This document shows, piece by piece, positions 33,690 to 43,035 of a stretch of 45,533 bases of DNA. The position numbers and the translations under genes are program-made. Below the pieces are notes generated by a model that saw only the letters and a program-made list of their open reading frames with translations, did not search any database and was not told where the DNA came from. The DNA is from an uncultured Gemmatimonadota bacterium (GTDB taxonomy: Bacteria; Gemmatimonadota; Gemmatimonadetes; Palauibacterales; Palauibacteraceae), in NCBI GenBank assembly GCA_964392705.1, contig CAYMQZ010000004.1, positions 1-45,533 of the forward strand, given 5' to 3'. The number at the start of each line of letters is the position of its first letter. Within the stretch, counting starts at the first letter, position 1.

Positions 33690-34520
33690 ATGGCTTACGC
33701 CAACCCCGACGCCCTCGTGTCCACCGACTGGCTGGCCGCCCGGTTGGACGACCCGTCGGTCCGGCCGATCGAGGTGGACGAGGACACCACGGCCTACGAG
33801 AAGGGACACGTCCCCGGGGCCGTGGGCTGGGACTGGAACCGGGATCTGCACCACGGCGTTCGGCGGGACTACGTGGATCAGGCGGGGCTGAAGGACCTGC
33901 TCGAGCGATCCGGCGTGAGCGACGACACGACCGTCGTCCTCTACGGAGGCAACAACAACTGGTTCGCCGCCTACGCGTACTGGCTCTGCAGATACCGCGG
34001 CTTCGACAACGTGAAGCTCCTGGATGGGGGGCGGAAGAAGTGGGAGCTCGAGGGCCGCGAGTCGACGACCGACGCCCCGGACGTGCCCGTCGGCAGCCTC
34101 TCCGACCTCGGACCGGAGCGGCCGGATCTGCGGGCGCTGCGCGAGCACGTGCTGGACCGGATCGGACGCGCCGCCTTCATCGACGTCCGCTCGCCCGAGG
34201 AGTTCTCCGGCGAGAAGCTGGCGCCCGACCATCTGCCCCAGGAGCAGCCGTACGTCGGCGGGCACGTCCCCGGGGCCCACAACATCTCGTGGGGCAAGGC
34301 GGCCAACGAGGACGGCACGTTCAAGTCGGTCGACGAGCTGCGGGAGATCTACCGCGACTGCATCGACGCCGACGAGGTCATCGCCTACTGCCGGATCGGC
34401 GAGCGCGCGGCCCACACCTGGTTCGTCTTCCAGGAGCTCCTGGGGCACGACCGGGTGCGGAACTACGACGGCTCCTGGACCGAGTACGGGTCCATGGTGA
34501 ACGTCCCGGTCGAGCGCTAG
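33690..34520 (+). CDS. Two-domain rhodanese (thiosulfate/3-mercaptopyruvate sulfurtransferase, SseA-type)
   Basis: 276 aa. LVSTDWLAARLDDPSVRPIEVD, GHVPGA twice, and the active-site loop AYCRIGERAAH. Strong SD AAGAGGAGG upstream. Confidence 0.9.
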   Translation: MAYANPDALVSTDWLAARLDDPSVRPIEVDEDTTAYEKGHVPGAVGWDWNRDLHHGVRRDYVDQAGLKDLLERSGVSDDTTVVLYGGNNNWFAAYAYWLCRYRGFDNVKLLDGGRKKWELEGRESTTDAPDVPVGSLSDLGPERPDLRALREHVLDRIGRAAFIDVRSPEEFSGEKLAPDHLPQEQPYVGGHVPGAHNISWGKAANEDGTFKSVDELREIYRDCIDADEVIAYCRIGERAAHTWFVFQELLGHDRVRNYDGSWTEYGSMVNVPVER

Positions 34521-34574
34521 GCTGGGCGAGGAGCGAGCCGGCGCGTGAAGGCCCGGGAGCCGGAGCCCGCACCG

Positions 34575-34985
34575 TCAGTCCTGCTCCTCCAGACGTCTCT
34601 GGAGCACCTCCAGGAGCTCCCCGAAGTCGTCCACCGCGGAGCCGATGCTCGCGGCCACGATCTCGTAGTCGATCTCCTCGTAGAGGTGGACGAGGATGTT
34701 CCTGAGGCCGGCGGCGTCTGCCAGGCGGCCCGCCAGATCTTCGGGTAACAGTCCTCTCCGGCCGGCCCGCTCGAACGTCTCGCGGTAGGAAGTCGGCGTT
34801 TCGTCTCGCTCGGCCAGCTCGTGGGCCAGGATGTCCACGGAGACCTGCACGAGCAACTCCAGGAGCCGCTCGACCTCGTAGGGATCCTCCCGGAGCTCGG
34901 CCGCCGATCGGCCGCGGTGGGGGACGAGGTCGGACAGGTAGGCCCGCAGCCGCTCGAGCTTCCGGGCCAGCACCTCAGGGGACAA
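34575..34985 (-). CDS. hepT: HepT-like (DUF86) toxin
   Basis: 136 aa. Contains the R-x4-H-x-Y motif (RNILVHLY). It overlaps the upstream nucleotidyltransferase gene by 11 nt. Confidence 0.8.
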   Translation of the reverse strand: MSPEVLARKLERLRAYLSDLVPHRGRSAAELREDPYEVERLLELLVQVSVDILAHELAERDETPTSYRETFERAGRRGLLPEDLAGRLADAAGLRNILVHLYEEIDYEIVAASIGSAVDDFGELLEVLQRRLEEQD

Positions 34986-35391
34986 GCCGGTCCTCCTCGG
35001 CGAGCCGGCGCAGACGCGAGCGCAGGGCCCGTCGGAAGGGCAGGGCGTCGTCGTAGAGCATCAGGGCCCGCACCTTCTCGTCGATGAAGAGCCCGCGGCG
35101 GTCCTCGTACAGAGGCTCCCCGCCTCGGAAGACCTCGAAGCGGAGCACCGGATCGGTGCGTTCGTGCAGAAAGACCACATCCGCGCCGTCGGAGCCGCAG
35201 ACGTCCTGCAGCTCGCCGATGATCCGTAGCCGGCGCGCCGGGTCCGGAAGCTTCTCGAACCAGAGCGCCAGGTCCACGTCCCGCTCGACCGGCGGACCGG
35301 CTCGGGCCCGGGAGCCGAAGAGCACGCACAGACGGCAACCGGACTCCTCCGCCCACTTCTCGATCGCTTCCCTCACGTCGCCCGCGGACAT
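34975..35391 (-). CDS. mntA: MntA-like minimal nucleotidyltransferase antitoxin
   Basis: 138 aa from ATG at 35391. LFGSRARAG...DVDLAL is the GSxxxG...DxD MNT signature. Confidence 0.8.
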   Translation of the reverse strand: MSAGDVREAIEKWAEESGCRLCVLFGSRARAGPPVERDVDLALWFEKLPDPARRLRIIGELQDVCGSDGADVVFLHERTDPVLRFEVFRGGEPLYEDRRGLFIDEKVRALMLYDDALPFRRALRSRLRRLAEEDRLVP

Positions 35392-35438
35392 GGCGGGAAT
35401 ATAGGGCGGCGCCGGCCCCCTGCGGAGGGACCCTCCAT

Positions 35439-36443
35439 CTACCGGCGCCCGCGGGCGGCCCGGGCCTGCTCCCGGCCCAGCTCCCGCTCCACCCACTCCC
35501 GGGCCACCTCCCGGTAGTCCCGTCCCTCGACGTCCACCTGCCGGTTGAGCCGGCGCATCTCGCGCGTGTCGATGCGGCCGGCCAGCGCCTCGAGGGCCGG
35601 GCCCAGCGACGCATGGGCGTCGAGCGCCGCGCCGCGCACGACGACCGCGGCCTCGTAGGGCGGAAAGTAGCTCCGGTCGTCCTCGAGCTGCGCCAGGTCC
35701 AGCGCCTCGATCTGGCCATCCGTCGAGTTGCCCGCGATGAGATCCACCTCACCGGCCGCCAGCGCCCGGTAGGTGAGCTGGAGGTCCATGAGCCGCGGCG
35801 CTCGGCCGAACTCCAGGCCGTAAGCCCGCTTCAACCCGGACAGCCCGTCCTCGCGCTCGGCGAACTCGTAGCCGAAGCCGGGGGTCCAGCTCCCGGCGTG
35901 CGGGACGGCGTCGGAGAGGGTCTCGAGCCCCAGCGAGTCGGCGGTGGACCGCCGCACCAGCATGGCGAAGGTGTTCTCGAAGCCCAGCGGGGGCAGCCAC
36001 TCGAGGTTCCAGCGCTCCCGGTAGAGCGATGTGACGGCCCGGTACACGGAGTCGGGATCGGACACGGGCTCCTTCTCCAGGATCGCCGTGAACGCCGTGC
36101 CCGTGTACTCCACGTAGGCGTCGATCTCGCCGGTCGCCAGGGCGCGATGACAGATGAAGCTGCCGCCCAGGTGGAGGCGGCGGCGCACGGGAAGGTCGGC
36201 GCGCCGCTCGATCCACCGCGCGACGATCTCGCCCAGGATGTCCTGCTCCGTGAAGTTCTTGGAGCCCACGGCGATCGCTCCGGCTCCGCCCCCGCACGCC
36301 AGCGGGCCGAGGGAGAGCGTGCCGGCGAGCAGGAGAACCGCGAGGTCTGGCCGGCGGTCGGCCTCATGGACCGCAGGGGAGGGCCGGCCGTTGCACCCCG
36401 AAAACGCCCCGCGAGGGCCGCCCGGGAGACCGGATGGCTTCAT
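35439..36443 (-). CDS. Quaternary-amine (glycine betaine/choline-type, OpuBC/OsmX-like) ABC substrate-binding lipoprotein
   Basis: IAVGSKNFTEQDILGEI...GEIDAYVEYTGTA...GNSTDGQI are typical of OpuAC-family binding proteins. Lipobox LGPLAC. ATG 36443 forms an ATGA overlap with the permease stop (alternative ATG 36452). Confidence 0.8.
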   Translation of the reverse strand: MKPSGLPGGPRGAFSGCNGRPSPAVHEADRRPDLAVLLLAGTLSLGPLACGGGAGAIAVGSKNFTEQDILGEIVARWIERRADLPVRRRLHLGGSFICHRALATGEIDAYVEYTGTAFTAILEKEPVSDPDSVYRAVTSLYRERWNLEWLPPLGFENTFAMLVRRSTADSLGLETLSDAVPHAGSWTPGFGYEFAEREDGLSGLKRAYGLEFGRAPRLMDLQLTYRALAAGEVDLIAGNSTDGQIEALDLAQLEDDRSYFPPYEAAVVVRGAALDAHASLGPALEALAGRIDTREMRRLNRQVDVEGRDYREVAREWVERELGREQARAARGRR

Positions 36444-37078
36444 TCGCGCCACCGGGACAGCCGGGTCTCGGCGAGGCCGAGCGCCCGGTCGACCGCCAGC
36501 GCCAGCAGCGCGGCCGGAATCGCGCCCGCCAGGATCACCCGGTTGTCGACCATCGAGATGCCCTGGAAGATGAAGACGCCGAGCCCGCCGGCACCGATGA
36601 AGGCGGCGATCGTCGTGACGCCGATCCCGATCACCGCGGCCAGCCGGATCCCTCCCATGATCACCCCGAGCGCCAGTGGAAGCTCCACCTGGCGGAGGAG
36701 CTGGCCGCCCGTCATGCCCATGGCGCGGCCCGCCTCGCGCACGGCGGGGTCGATCCCCCGGATGCCCTCGTACGTGTTGCGGATGATCGGGAGCAGCGCG
36801 TAGGCGACCAGCGCCACCAGGGCGGGCTTCACGCCCAGGCCCCCGACCAGCGGGACGGGGATCAGGAAGCCCAGGAGCGCGAGGCTCGGGATGGTCTGGA
36901 GCACGTTCGCGCTTCCGAGCACGGGGCCGCGCGCCCGCTCGCGCCGGGTGAGAAGGATCCCCAGCGGGACGCCGGCCGCGGTCGCGATCGCCGTCGAGAT
37001 CCCCACCAGGAGCACGTGCTCGCCCGTCCTGAGCAGCACCTGGTCGACGTTGGCGAACAGGTAGTCGAGGAATCCCAT
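36440..37078 (-). CDS. Betaine-type ABC permease (OpuBB/ProW-like)
   Basis: 212 aa. Contains LQTIPSLALLGFLIPV and AGRAMGMTGGQLLRQVELPLA (EAA loop). Confidence 0.88.
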   Translation of the reverse strand: MGFLDYLFANVDQVLLRTGEHVLLVGISTAIATAAGVPLGILLTRRERARGPVLGSANVLQTIPSLALLGFLIPVPLVGGLGVKPALVALVAYALLPIIRNTYEGIRGIDPAVREAGRAMGMTGGQLLRQVELPLALGVIMGGIRLAAVIGIGVTTIAAFIGAGGLGVFIFQGISMVDNRVILAGAIPAALLALAVDRALGLAETRLSRWRE

Positions 37079-37911
37079 CAATCCGCCAGCCGGGCGGTCT
37101 CGAGGAAGGCGCGCACGGCCTCGTCGTCGTGGGCCCGGAAGTCGTCCGGCGTTCCGACGAACCGGATCCGGCCGTCGTCCAGGAACGCGATCCGGTCCGC
37201 CAGGAAGAGCGCCTCGCGAACGTCGTGGGTCACGAAGAGGAGGCTCTTCTCCAACCGGCGGCTCAGCTCCCGGAACTCGCGCTGCAGGTCGTGGCGGGTG
37301 ATCGGATCCAGGGCCCCGAACGGCTCGTCGCACAGCAGGATGGGCGGGTCCGCCGCCAGGGCCCGCACCACGCCCACCCGCTGCCGCTGACCTCCGGAGA
37401 GCTCGCGGGGGTACCGCTCGGCGAGCGCGTCCGGGGGCAGCCCCACCAGCTCCAGGAGCTCGACCACCCGCGCTTCGATATGCTCCCGCTCCCATCCCAG
37501 CAGACGCGGGACCAGCCCCGCGTTCCGGCGCACCGTGAAGTGGGGGAAGAGCCCCACCTCCTGGATCACGTAGCCCACGCGTCGCCGAAGCCGGATCGGG
37601 TCCCAGCTCGTCGTCGCCCGCCCCTCGACCCGTACCTCGCCGCGGTCGGGCTCGAGCAGCCGATTCACGAGCCGAAGGGCCGTCGACTTGCCCGACCCGC
37701 TCCGACCGAGCAGGACCAGCGTCTCCGACGGCTCGACCCGCAGGCTCAGATCGTGGAGCACCGGACGCCCCCCGAGCGAGATCGCCGCGCGGTCGAACTC
37801 CACGGTCGCCCGCTCGCCTCGCGGCACGCCGGCGGCCCGGGGATCCGTTCCGCCGGAGGCGCTCGACTCGCGCGACGGCGGGTCGGAGCCGAATATTCTC
37901 CCCTCGGTCAT
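37078..37911 (-). CDS. Betaine-type ABC ATP-binding protein (no CBS domains)
   Basis: 277 aa from ATG at 37911. Contains GRSGSGKST, LSGGQRQRVGV and LLCDEPFGALD. Confidence 0.88.
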   Translation of the reverse strand: MTEGRIFGSDPPSRESSASGGTDPRAAGVPRGERATVEFDRAAISLGGRPVLHDLSLRVEPSETLVLLGRSGSGKSTALRLVNRLLEPDRGEVRVEGRATTSWDPIRLRRRVGYVIQEVGLFPHFTVRRNAGLVPRLLGWEREHIEARVVELLELVGLPPDALAERYPRELSGGQRQRVGVVRALAADPPILLCDEPFGALDPITRHDLQREFRELSRRLEKSLLFVTHDVREALFLADRIAFLDDGRIRFVGTPDDFRAHDDEAVRAFLETARLAD

Positions 37912-37943
37912 GGCCTCGTGGAAACGGGGCCGACAGCCCGTCG

Positions 37944-37988
37944 CTGGCAAGGGGAGGGGAGATGAACCTGGCAAGGGGAGGGGAGATG
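37944..37988. repeat. 21-nt direct repeat with 24-nt period that duplicates an SD plus ATG
   Basis: CTGGCAAGGGGAGGGGAGATG occurs at 37944-37964 and again at 37968-37988, separated by AAC. Confidence 0.95.
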
Positions 37989-38669
37989 CATGGGGGACGT
38001 GCCCTGGCCGCCGCGCGCTTCGCCCGCCCGGCGCTGCGCCGCCCGTCCGTTTCGGTGGGACTGGCGCTGCTCCTCCTCGCTCCGGCGCCGCTTCTCGCGC
38101 AGCGGGCGGAGCTGATCCCGCAGATCGGCGTCTTCACACCGCTGACCTCGCTGGGGACCGCGGAGGACGACGGCGGAAGCGCCTTCACGCTGGGCGAGCG
38201 GGAGCGCGGATTCGCCTACGGCGCCGCGGTCCAGTTCGGGGGCGCGACGCCGGCCGGCGTGAGGGCTACCGTGCTCTTCGGGACGGGCTCGGACGTGCCC
38301 GTCACCGGTCCCGGATGCGCGGACGAGGACGCCTGCGCCGTCGAGAACAACCTGCGCATGCTCACCGGGGCGGTCGTGATTCGTCCGCTTCCGGGCCTCA
38401 TCGTGGTGCGGCCCTACCTCCTGGCGGGCGGCGGGTGGAAGCGCTTCGGCTTCGACGAGGCCCAGCTCGAGAGCCTGGGCCTGCAGGGCGCGATCGGGGA
38501 TCATACGAAGAGGGCGTGGCAGCTGGGGGCCGGCCTCGAGCTGAGCGTCGGCCTGTCGGCCATCGTCGTGGAGCTGAACGACTTCATCTCGGGCTTCGAC
38601 GTCGAGGAGGATCGGGGCGACGGCAAGACGCAGCACGACCTCTTCCTCACCGTCGGCCTCAAGCTGTGA
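37962..38669 (+). CDS. Outer-membrane beta-barrel protein (OmpA-like/OMP_b-brl)
   Basis: Signal peptide SVGLALLLLAPAPLLAQ, alternating-hydrophobic beta strands and a C-terminal LFLTVGLKL. The start is ATG 37962 or the duplicated ATG 37986. Confidence 0.7.
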   Translation: MNLARGGEMHGGRALAAARFARPALRRPSVSVGLALLLLAPAPLLAQRAELIPQIGVFTPLTSLGTAEDDGGSAFTLGERERGFAYGAAVQFGGATPAGVRATVLFGTGSDVPVTGPGCADEDACAVENNLRMLTGAVVIRPLPGLIVVRPYLLAGGGWKRFGFDEAQLESLGLQGAIGDHTKRAWQLGAGLELSVGLSAIVVELNDFISGFDVEEDRGDGKTQHDLFLTVGLKL

Positions 38670-38700
38670 GAGGATCGCCGCGCCTCCGACGGCGAGGCGA

Positions 38701-39729
38701 ATGACGGAGGACCGGAGCTCGCCTCCGACGGCCGCGCCCTCCGGCGAGCGGCTCGAGATCCGCGGGACCCGGCCGGAGGCCGACCGGCGGGCGGAGATGC
38801 GCCGGGACGTGCGGCGCGGGCTGGGCTCGCGCCCCAAGGAGCTCCCTCCCAAGTACTTCTACGACGCCCGGGGATCCCGGCTCTTCGAGCGGATCACCGA
38901 GCTTTCGGAATACTACCTAACCCGCGTGGAGCGATGGATCCTGGAGCGGCTCTCGCCCGAGCTGGTGGCCGAGACGCGGCCCCGGGTCCTGGTCGAGTTC
39001 GGCTCGGGGAGCGCGGCCAAGACCCGGATCCTGCTGGACGCGATGGAGGAGGCCGGCCTGCTGAGGGGGTTCGCGCCGATCGACGTGAGCGCCGCGGCGC
39101 TCCGGGAATCGGCGGAGCGGCTGCTGGCCGACTACCCCCGGCTCCGGATCGTCGGGCAGATCGGCGATTTCCGGCGCCCCCGGGAGCTTCCCTTCGAGGG
39201 GGAGCCGCGGCTGGTGGCCTTCCTGGGGTCCACGATCGGGAACCTGAGGCCCGCCTCCGCCGTGGATTTCCTCCGGGGCGTGGGCGGGGCGATGGACGCC
39301 GCCGATGCGTTCCTGGTGGGCTTCGACCTGGTGAAGGACCCGGGGCGCCTGGAGGCGGCGTATAACGACCGGGCGGGGGTCACGGCCGCGTTCAACCGTA
39401 ACGTCCTCCGGGTGCTGAACCGCGAGCTGGCCGCCGACTTCGACCTGGACGCCTTCGTTCACCGGGCGTTCTACGACGCGGAACGCGCCCGGATCGAGAT
39501 GCACCTCGTGTCCGAGCGGGAGCAGACGGTGCGGATCGGAGAGCTGGAGATGGAGATCGAGTTCGAGCGGGGGGAGACGATCCGGACGGAGTTGAGCTAC
39601 AAGTACACGCGTGATTCGGCCCTGGAGATGCTGAGCGCGGCCGGGTTCGTCCCGACGCGCTGGCGGACGGACCCCGATGAGCTTTTCGCGGTGGCGGTGG
39701 CTCGCGCCGGGGAGCGGGGAGCCGCGTGA
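38701..39729 (+). CDS. egtD: EgtD-family L-histidine N-alpha-methyltransferase
   Basis: It is colinear with mycobacterial EgtD as I recall it: LPPKYFYDARGSRLFERIT.LSEYY.TR, EFGSGSAAKTRILLDAM, FLGSTIGNL, DLVKDPGRLEAAYNDRAGVTAAFNRNVLRVLNRELAADFDLDAF, ELSYKY. Confidence 0.85.
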   Translation: MTEDRSSPPTAAPSGERLEIRGTRPEADRRAEMRRDVRRGLGSRPKELPPKYFYDARGSRLFERITELSEYYLTRVERWILERLSPELVAETRPRVLVEFGSGSAAKTRILLDAMEEAGLLRGFAPIDVSAAALRESAERLLADYPRLRIVGQIGDFRRPRELPFEGEPRLVAFLGSTIGNLRPASAVDFLRGVGGAMDAADAFLVGFDLVKDPGRLEAAYNDRAGVTAAFNRNVLRVLNRELAADFDLDAFVHRAFYDAERARIEMHLVSEREQTVRIGELEMEIEFERGETIRTELSYKYTRDSALEMLSAAGFVPTRWRTDPDELFAVAVARAGERGAA

Positions 39730-39730
39730 G

Positions 39731-41290
39731 ATGAGCGGCGCGGAGGATCCCGCCCGGCCGGGAGAGGCCGCCCCACCCACCGGCGAGCGGGAGGGACGAT
39801 CGGAGACGAGACGCGACCTGCTTCGCCGACTCCGGAGGCTGGAGGCGGAGAGCCGCCGGCTGGAACCGGACGCCGCCGAGCGGGCGCGCGTGCGCGAGGG
39901 GGTGGTCGCCTACGCCGAGGAGTTCCTGGAGCGGGTGGCGGAGCTCAAGGCGTACGAGGCGGACAAGGAGGCCGCTCGCGACCTCCGGCGCCGTCCCATC
40001 GGGGAGCCGACCGAGATCGAGGAGCTGCTCCGGCTGATCGAGCGTTGCGTGGACCGCCCCGGCCTCAACCCCGCTTCGGGAGGTCACCTGGCCTACATTC
40101 CGGGCGGCGGCATCTACCTGTCGGCCCTCGGCGACTACCTGGCCGACGTGACCAACCGGTACGCCGGCGTGCGCTTCGCGGGGCCGGGCGCCGTCGAGAT
40201 GGAGAACCTCTGCCTCGAATGGATGGCGGCTCTCGTGGGCTACCCTCGCGAGGCGGGCGGGAACCTGGCCAGCGGCGGGAGCATCGCGAACCTCATCGGA
40301 ATCGTGGCGGCGCGCGACGCTCACGGGCTGCGGGCGACCGACTTCTCGCGGGCGGTGGTCTACCTGACCGGGCAGGTGCATCACTGCGTGGACAAGGCGC
40401 TCCGCGTGGCGGGGCTCGGGGAGTGCGTGCGGCGACGCGTGGAGCTGGACGACCGGTACCGGATGCGCCCGGACGCGCTCCGTCGCGCCGTGGCCGCCGA
40501 CCGGGACGCCGGGCTCCTCCCCTGGCTCGTCATCGCCTCGGCGGGCACGACGGACGTCGGGGCCGTGGACCCGCTCGAGGAGATCGCCGAGGTCGCGGAG
40601 GAGGAGGGGCTCTGGTACCATATCGATGCCGCGTACGGCGGGTTCTTCGCCCTCGTCGAGGAGTGCCGGCCCCGCCTCCGCGGCATGGACCGCTCCGACT
40701 CGATCGTGCTCGATCCCCACAAGGGCCTCTTCCTCCCCTACGGCACCGGGGCGGTGCTCGTGAAGGACCGGCGCGCCATGCACCGGGCGCACTGGTACGA
40801 GGCCGCCTACATGCAGGACACCGTGGCCGAGGAATCGAGGGAGATCGGCTCGCCGGCCGAGCTCTCCCCCGAGCTCACCAAGCACTTTCGAGGCCTGCGG
40901 CTGTGGCTTCCCCTCGAGATCCACGGGGTCGAGCCGTTCCGGGCCTGCCTGGAGGAGAAGCTGCTTCTCGCCCGCTACTTCCACGGCCGGGTGCGGGAGC
41001 TGGGTTTCGAGGTGGGTCCCGAGCCCGAGCTCTCGGTGTGCATCTACCGCTGGGTGCCCGAGCGGGGCGATGCGAACGCTTTCAACGAGGCGCTGGTCGA
41101 GGCGATCCATCGGGACGGCCGCGTGTTCCTCTCCTCGACCACGATCGACGGCGTCTTCTGGCTGCGGCTGGCGGTCCTTTCCTTCCGGACGCACCGGAAA
41201 ACGGTGGACCTCGCCCTGGAGATCCTGCAGGAGAAGGTGGAGGGGCTGGAGAGACAGGGCGTGGAGACGACCGTCGGGAAGGGCCGATGA
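39731..41290 (+). CDS. Group II PLP-dependent amino-acid decarboxylase
   Basis: 519 aa. Contains SGGSIANLIGIVAARD, WYHIDAAYGGF and the PLP-lysine box VLDPHKGLFLPYGTG. The start is 2 nt after the egtD-like stop. Confidence 0.85.
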   Translation: MSGAEDPARPGEAAPPTGEREGRSETRRDLLRRLRRLEAESRRLEPDAAERARVREGVVAYAEEFLERVAELKAYEADKEAARDLRRRPIGEPTEIEELLRLIERCVDRPGLNPASGGHLAYIPGGGIYLSALGDYLADVTNRYAGVRFAGPGAVEMENLCLEWMAALVGYPREAGGNLASGGSIANLIGIVAARDAHGLRATDFSRAVVYLTGQVHHCVDKALRVAGLGECVRRRVELDDRYRMRPDALRRAVAADRDAGLLPWLVIASAGTTDVGAVDPLEEIAEVAEEEGLWYHIDAAYGGFFALVEECRPRLRGMDRSDSIVLDPHKGLFLPYGTGAVLVKDRRAMHRAHWYEAAYMQDTVAEESREIGSPAELSPELTKHFRGLRLWLPLEIHGVEPFRACLEEKLLLARYFHGRVRELGFEVGPEPELSVCIYRWVPERGDANAFNEALVEAIHRDGRVFLSSTTIDGVFWLRLAVLSFRTHRKTVDLALEILQEKVEGLERQGVETTVGKGR

Positions 41291-42198
41291 GGGGAGATCC
41301 CGGGTCGGGGCGCCGCTTCGCGGCCCTCCTGCTCTTCGCCGCCGCGGCGGGGACGGGCTGCGTCGGGGCCTCCGAGGAGAGGACCCGTCCCTTCGCGATC
41401 GGGGCGATACCGGACCAGGACCCGGAGCGGCTCCAGCGGCTCTACGGGCTCCTCGCCTCCCACCTGGAGCGGGAGCTGGGCGTACCGGTCGCGTACCGCC
41501 CCGTCACGGACTACGCGGCCGCCATCACGGCCTTCCGGGTGGGGGACCTGGACATGGCGTGGTTCGGGGGGCTGACGGGGGTCCAGGCCCGGCTTCAGGT
41601 GGAGGGGGCTCGGGCCATTCTCCAGCGCGCCATCGACGAGCGGTTCCGCAGCGTTTTCATCGCGAACGTCGAGAGCGGCATCGACCCGTTCGACGAGGTC
41701 CAGGGCCTGCGACGACTCGCGGGGCACACCTTCACCTTCGGGAGCGAATCCTCCACCTCGGGCCGCCTCATGCCCCAGCACTTCCTGCGGCAGGCCGGGC
41801 TGGAGCTCTCCGACTTCCGGGGGGAGCCGGGCTTTTCGGGCTCCCACGACCGAACGATCAAGCTGGTGGAATCCGGCACCTACGAGGCGGGCGCCCTGAA
41901 CGAGCGAGTATGGGGGGCCCGGGAGGCGGAGGGGGCCGTGGACACCTCGAAGGTCCGGGTGCTCTGGCGGACGCCTCCCTACCACGACTACCACTGGGTG
42001 ATACGACCCGATGTGGAGGAGCGTTTCGGCGAGGGCTTCGTGGAGCGCGTGCGCCGGGGGTTCCTCGAGCTCGACCCGGCAGCGCCGGAGGAGCGACGCA
42101 TCTTGGAGCTGTTCGGCGCCGAGCGGTTCGTCCCCGCCGGGAACGAGGACTACCGGCGGATCGAGGAGATCGGACGGGAGATCGGGAAGATCCGGTGA
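41287..42198 (+). CDS. phnD: PhnD-family (phosphonate/phosphite-type) ABC substrate-binding lipoprotein
   Basis: Lipobox AAAGTGC, with DMAWFGG and FGSESSTSGRLMPQHFL. ATGA overlap with the decarboxylase stop. Confidence 0.8.
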   Translation: MRGDPGSGRRFAALLLFAAAAGTGCVGASEERTRPFAIGAIPDQDPERLQRLYGLLASHLERELGVPVAYRPVTDYAAAITAFRVGDLDMAWFGGLTGVQARLQVEGARAILQRAIDERFRSVFIANVESGIDPFDEVQGLRRLAGHTFTFGSESSTSGRLMPQHFLRQAGLELSDFRGEPGFSGSHDRTIKLVESGTYEAGALNERVWGAREAEGAVDTSKVRVLWRTPPYHDYHWVIRPDVEERFGEGFVERVRRGFLELDPAAPEERRILELFGAERFVPAGNEDYRRIEEIGREIGKIR

Positions 42199-42229
42199 AC
42201 GTCGCCCCGGCGAGGGCTTGAGGACGCAC

Positions 42230-43033
42230 GTGCCGCCCGTCTTCGAGCTCGAGGGCGCCGTCGTGCGCCACGGAGCGCTCGAGGCCCTCCGCGGGATCGA
42301 CCTCCGGGTCACGGAGGGAGAACGGGTCGCGCTGGCCGGCCCCAGCGGGGCGGGGAAGACGACCCTCCTTCGCCTCCTGAACGGATCCCTCTTCGCCCAG
42401 GAGGGGACGGTCCGCGCCTTCGGGCGGGAGCTCGACCGCCTCCCCCGCCCGGAGCTCCGGGCGCTCCAGCGGCGGATCGGCACCGTCCACCAGCAGTTCC
42501 ACCTCGTGGACTCGCTCCGCGTGATCCACAACGTCAACGTGGGCCGGCTCGGCGAGTGGCCGTTATGGAAGGCGGCCCTCTCCCTCCTCCGCCCCCTCGG
42601 GAGACGCACGGCCGCCCGGGCGCTCGCCGAGGTGGGGATCGCCGACAAGCTCTACGAGCGGACGGACCGGCTGTCCGGGGGCGAGCAGCAGCGCGTGGCG
42701 CTCGCGCGGGCCCTGGTCCAGGACCCGGAGGTCGTGCTGGCCGACGAGCCGATCGCCAGCCTGGACCGCGAGAACAGCCGCCGCGTCATGGATCTCCTCC
42801 GACGCCTGAACGAGGAGGGGGGAAAGACGCTGGTGGCGAGCATGCACGACATCAGGTTCGCGCTCCGCTACTTCGAGCGGATCGTGGGGCTCCGCGAGGG
42901 CCGGGTCCTCTTCGACCTGCCGGCCGGCCGGGTGGACGAGGAGCGGGTGGAGCGCCTGTACGCGATCGAGCGGACCGCAGGCGAGTTCGGAGAGCCCGTC
43001 CGGGGGGCCGGGGAGCCCGCCGGCCCCGGTTGA
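42230..43033 (+). CDS. phnC: PhnC-type ABC ATP-binding protein
   Basis: GPSGAGKTTLLRLLNG, IGTVHQQFHLV, LSGGEQQRVALARAL and VLADEPIASLD. The GTG 42230 start is tentative. Confidence 0.82.
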   Translation: MPPVFELEGAVVRHGALEALRGIDLRVTEGERVALAGPSGAGKTTLLRLLNGSLFAQEGTVRAFGRELDRLPRPELRALQRRIGTVHQQFHLVDSLRVIHNVNVGRLGEWPLWKAALSLLRPLGRRTAARALAEVGIADKLYERTDRLSGGEQQRVALARALVQDPEVVLADEPIASLDRENSRRVMDLLRRLNEEGGKTLVASMHDIRFALRYFERIVGLREGRVLFDLPAGRVDEERVERLYAIERTAGEFGEPVRGAGEPAGPG

Positions 43034-43035
43034 GG

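Noticed and set aside
33690-34520. The rhodanese as the EanB partner of the EgtD-like methyltransferase (anaerobic ergothioneine route).
   Set aside because: It is a 276-aa SseA-type two-domain rhodanese on a separate transcription unit about 4 kb away. EanB-type enzymes are, as I recall, considerably larger. The sequence gives no support for a link.
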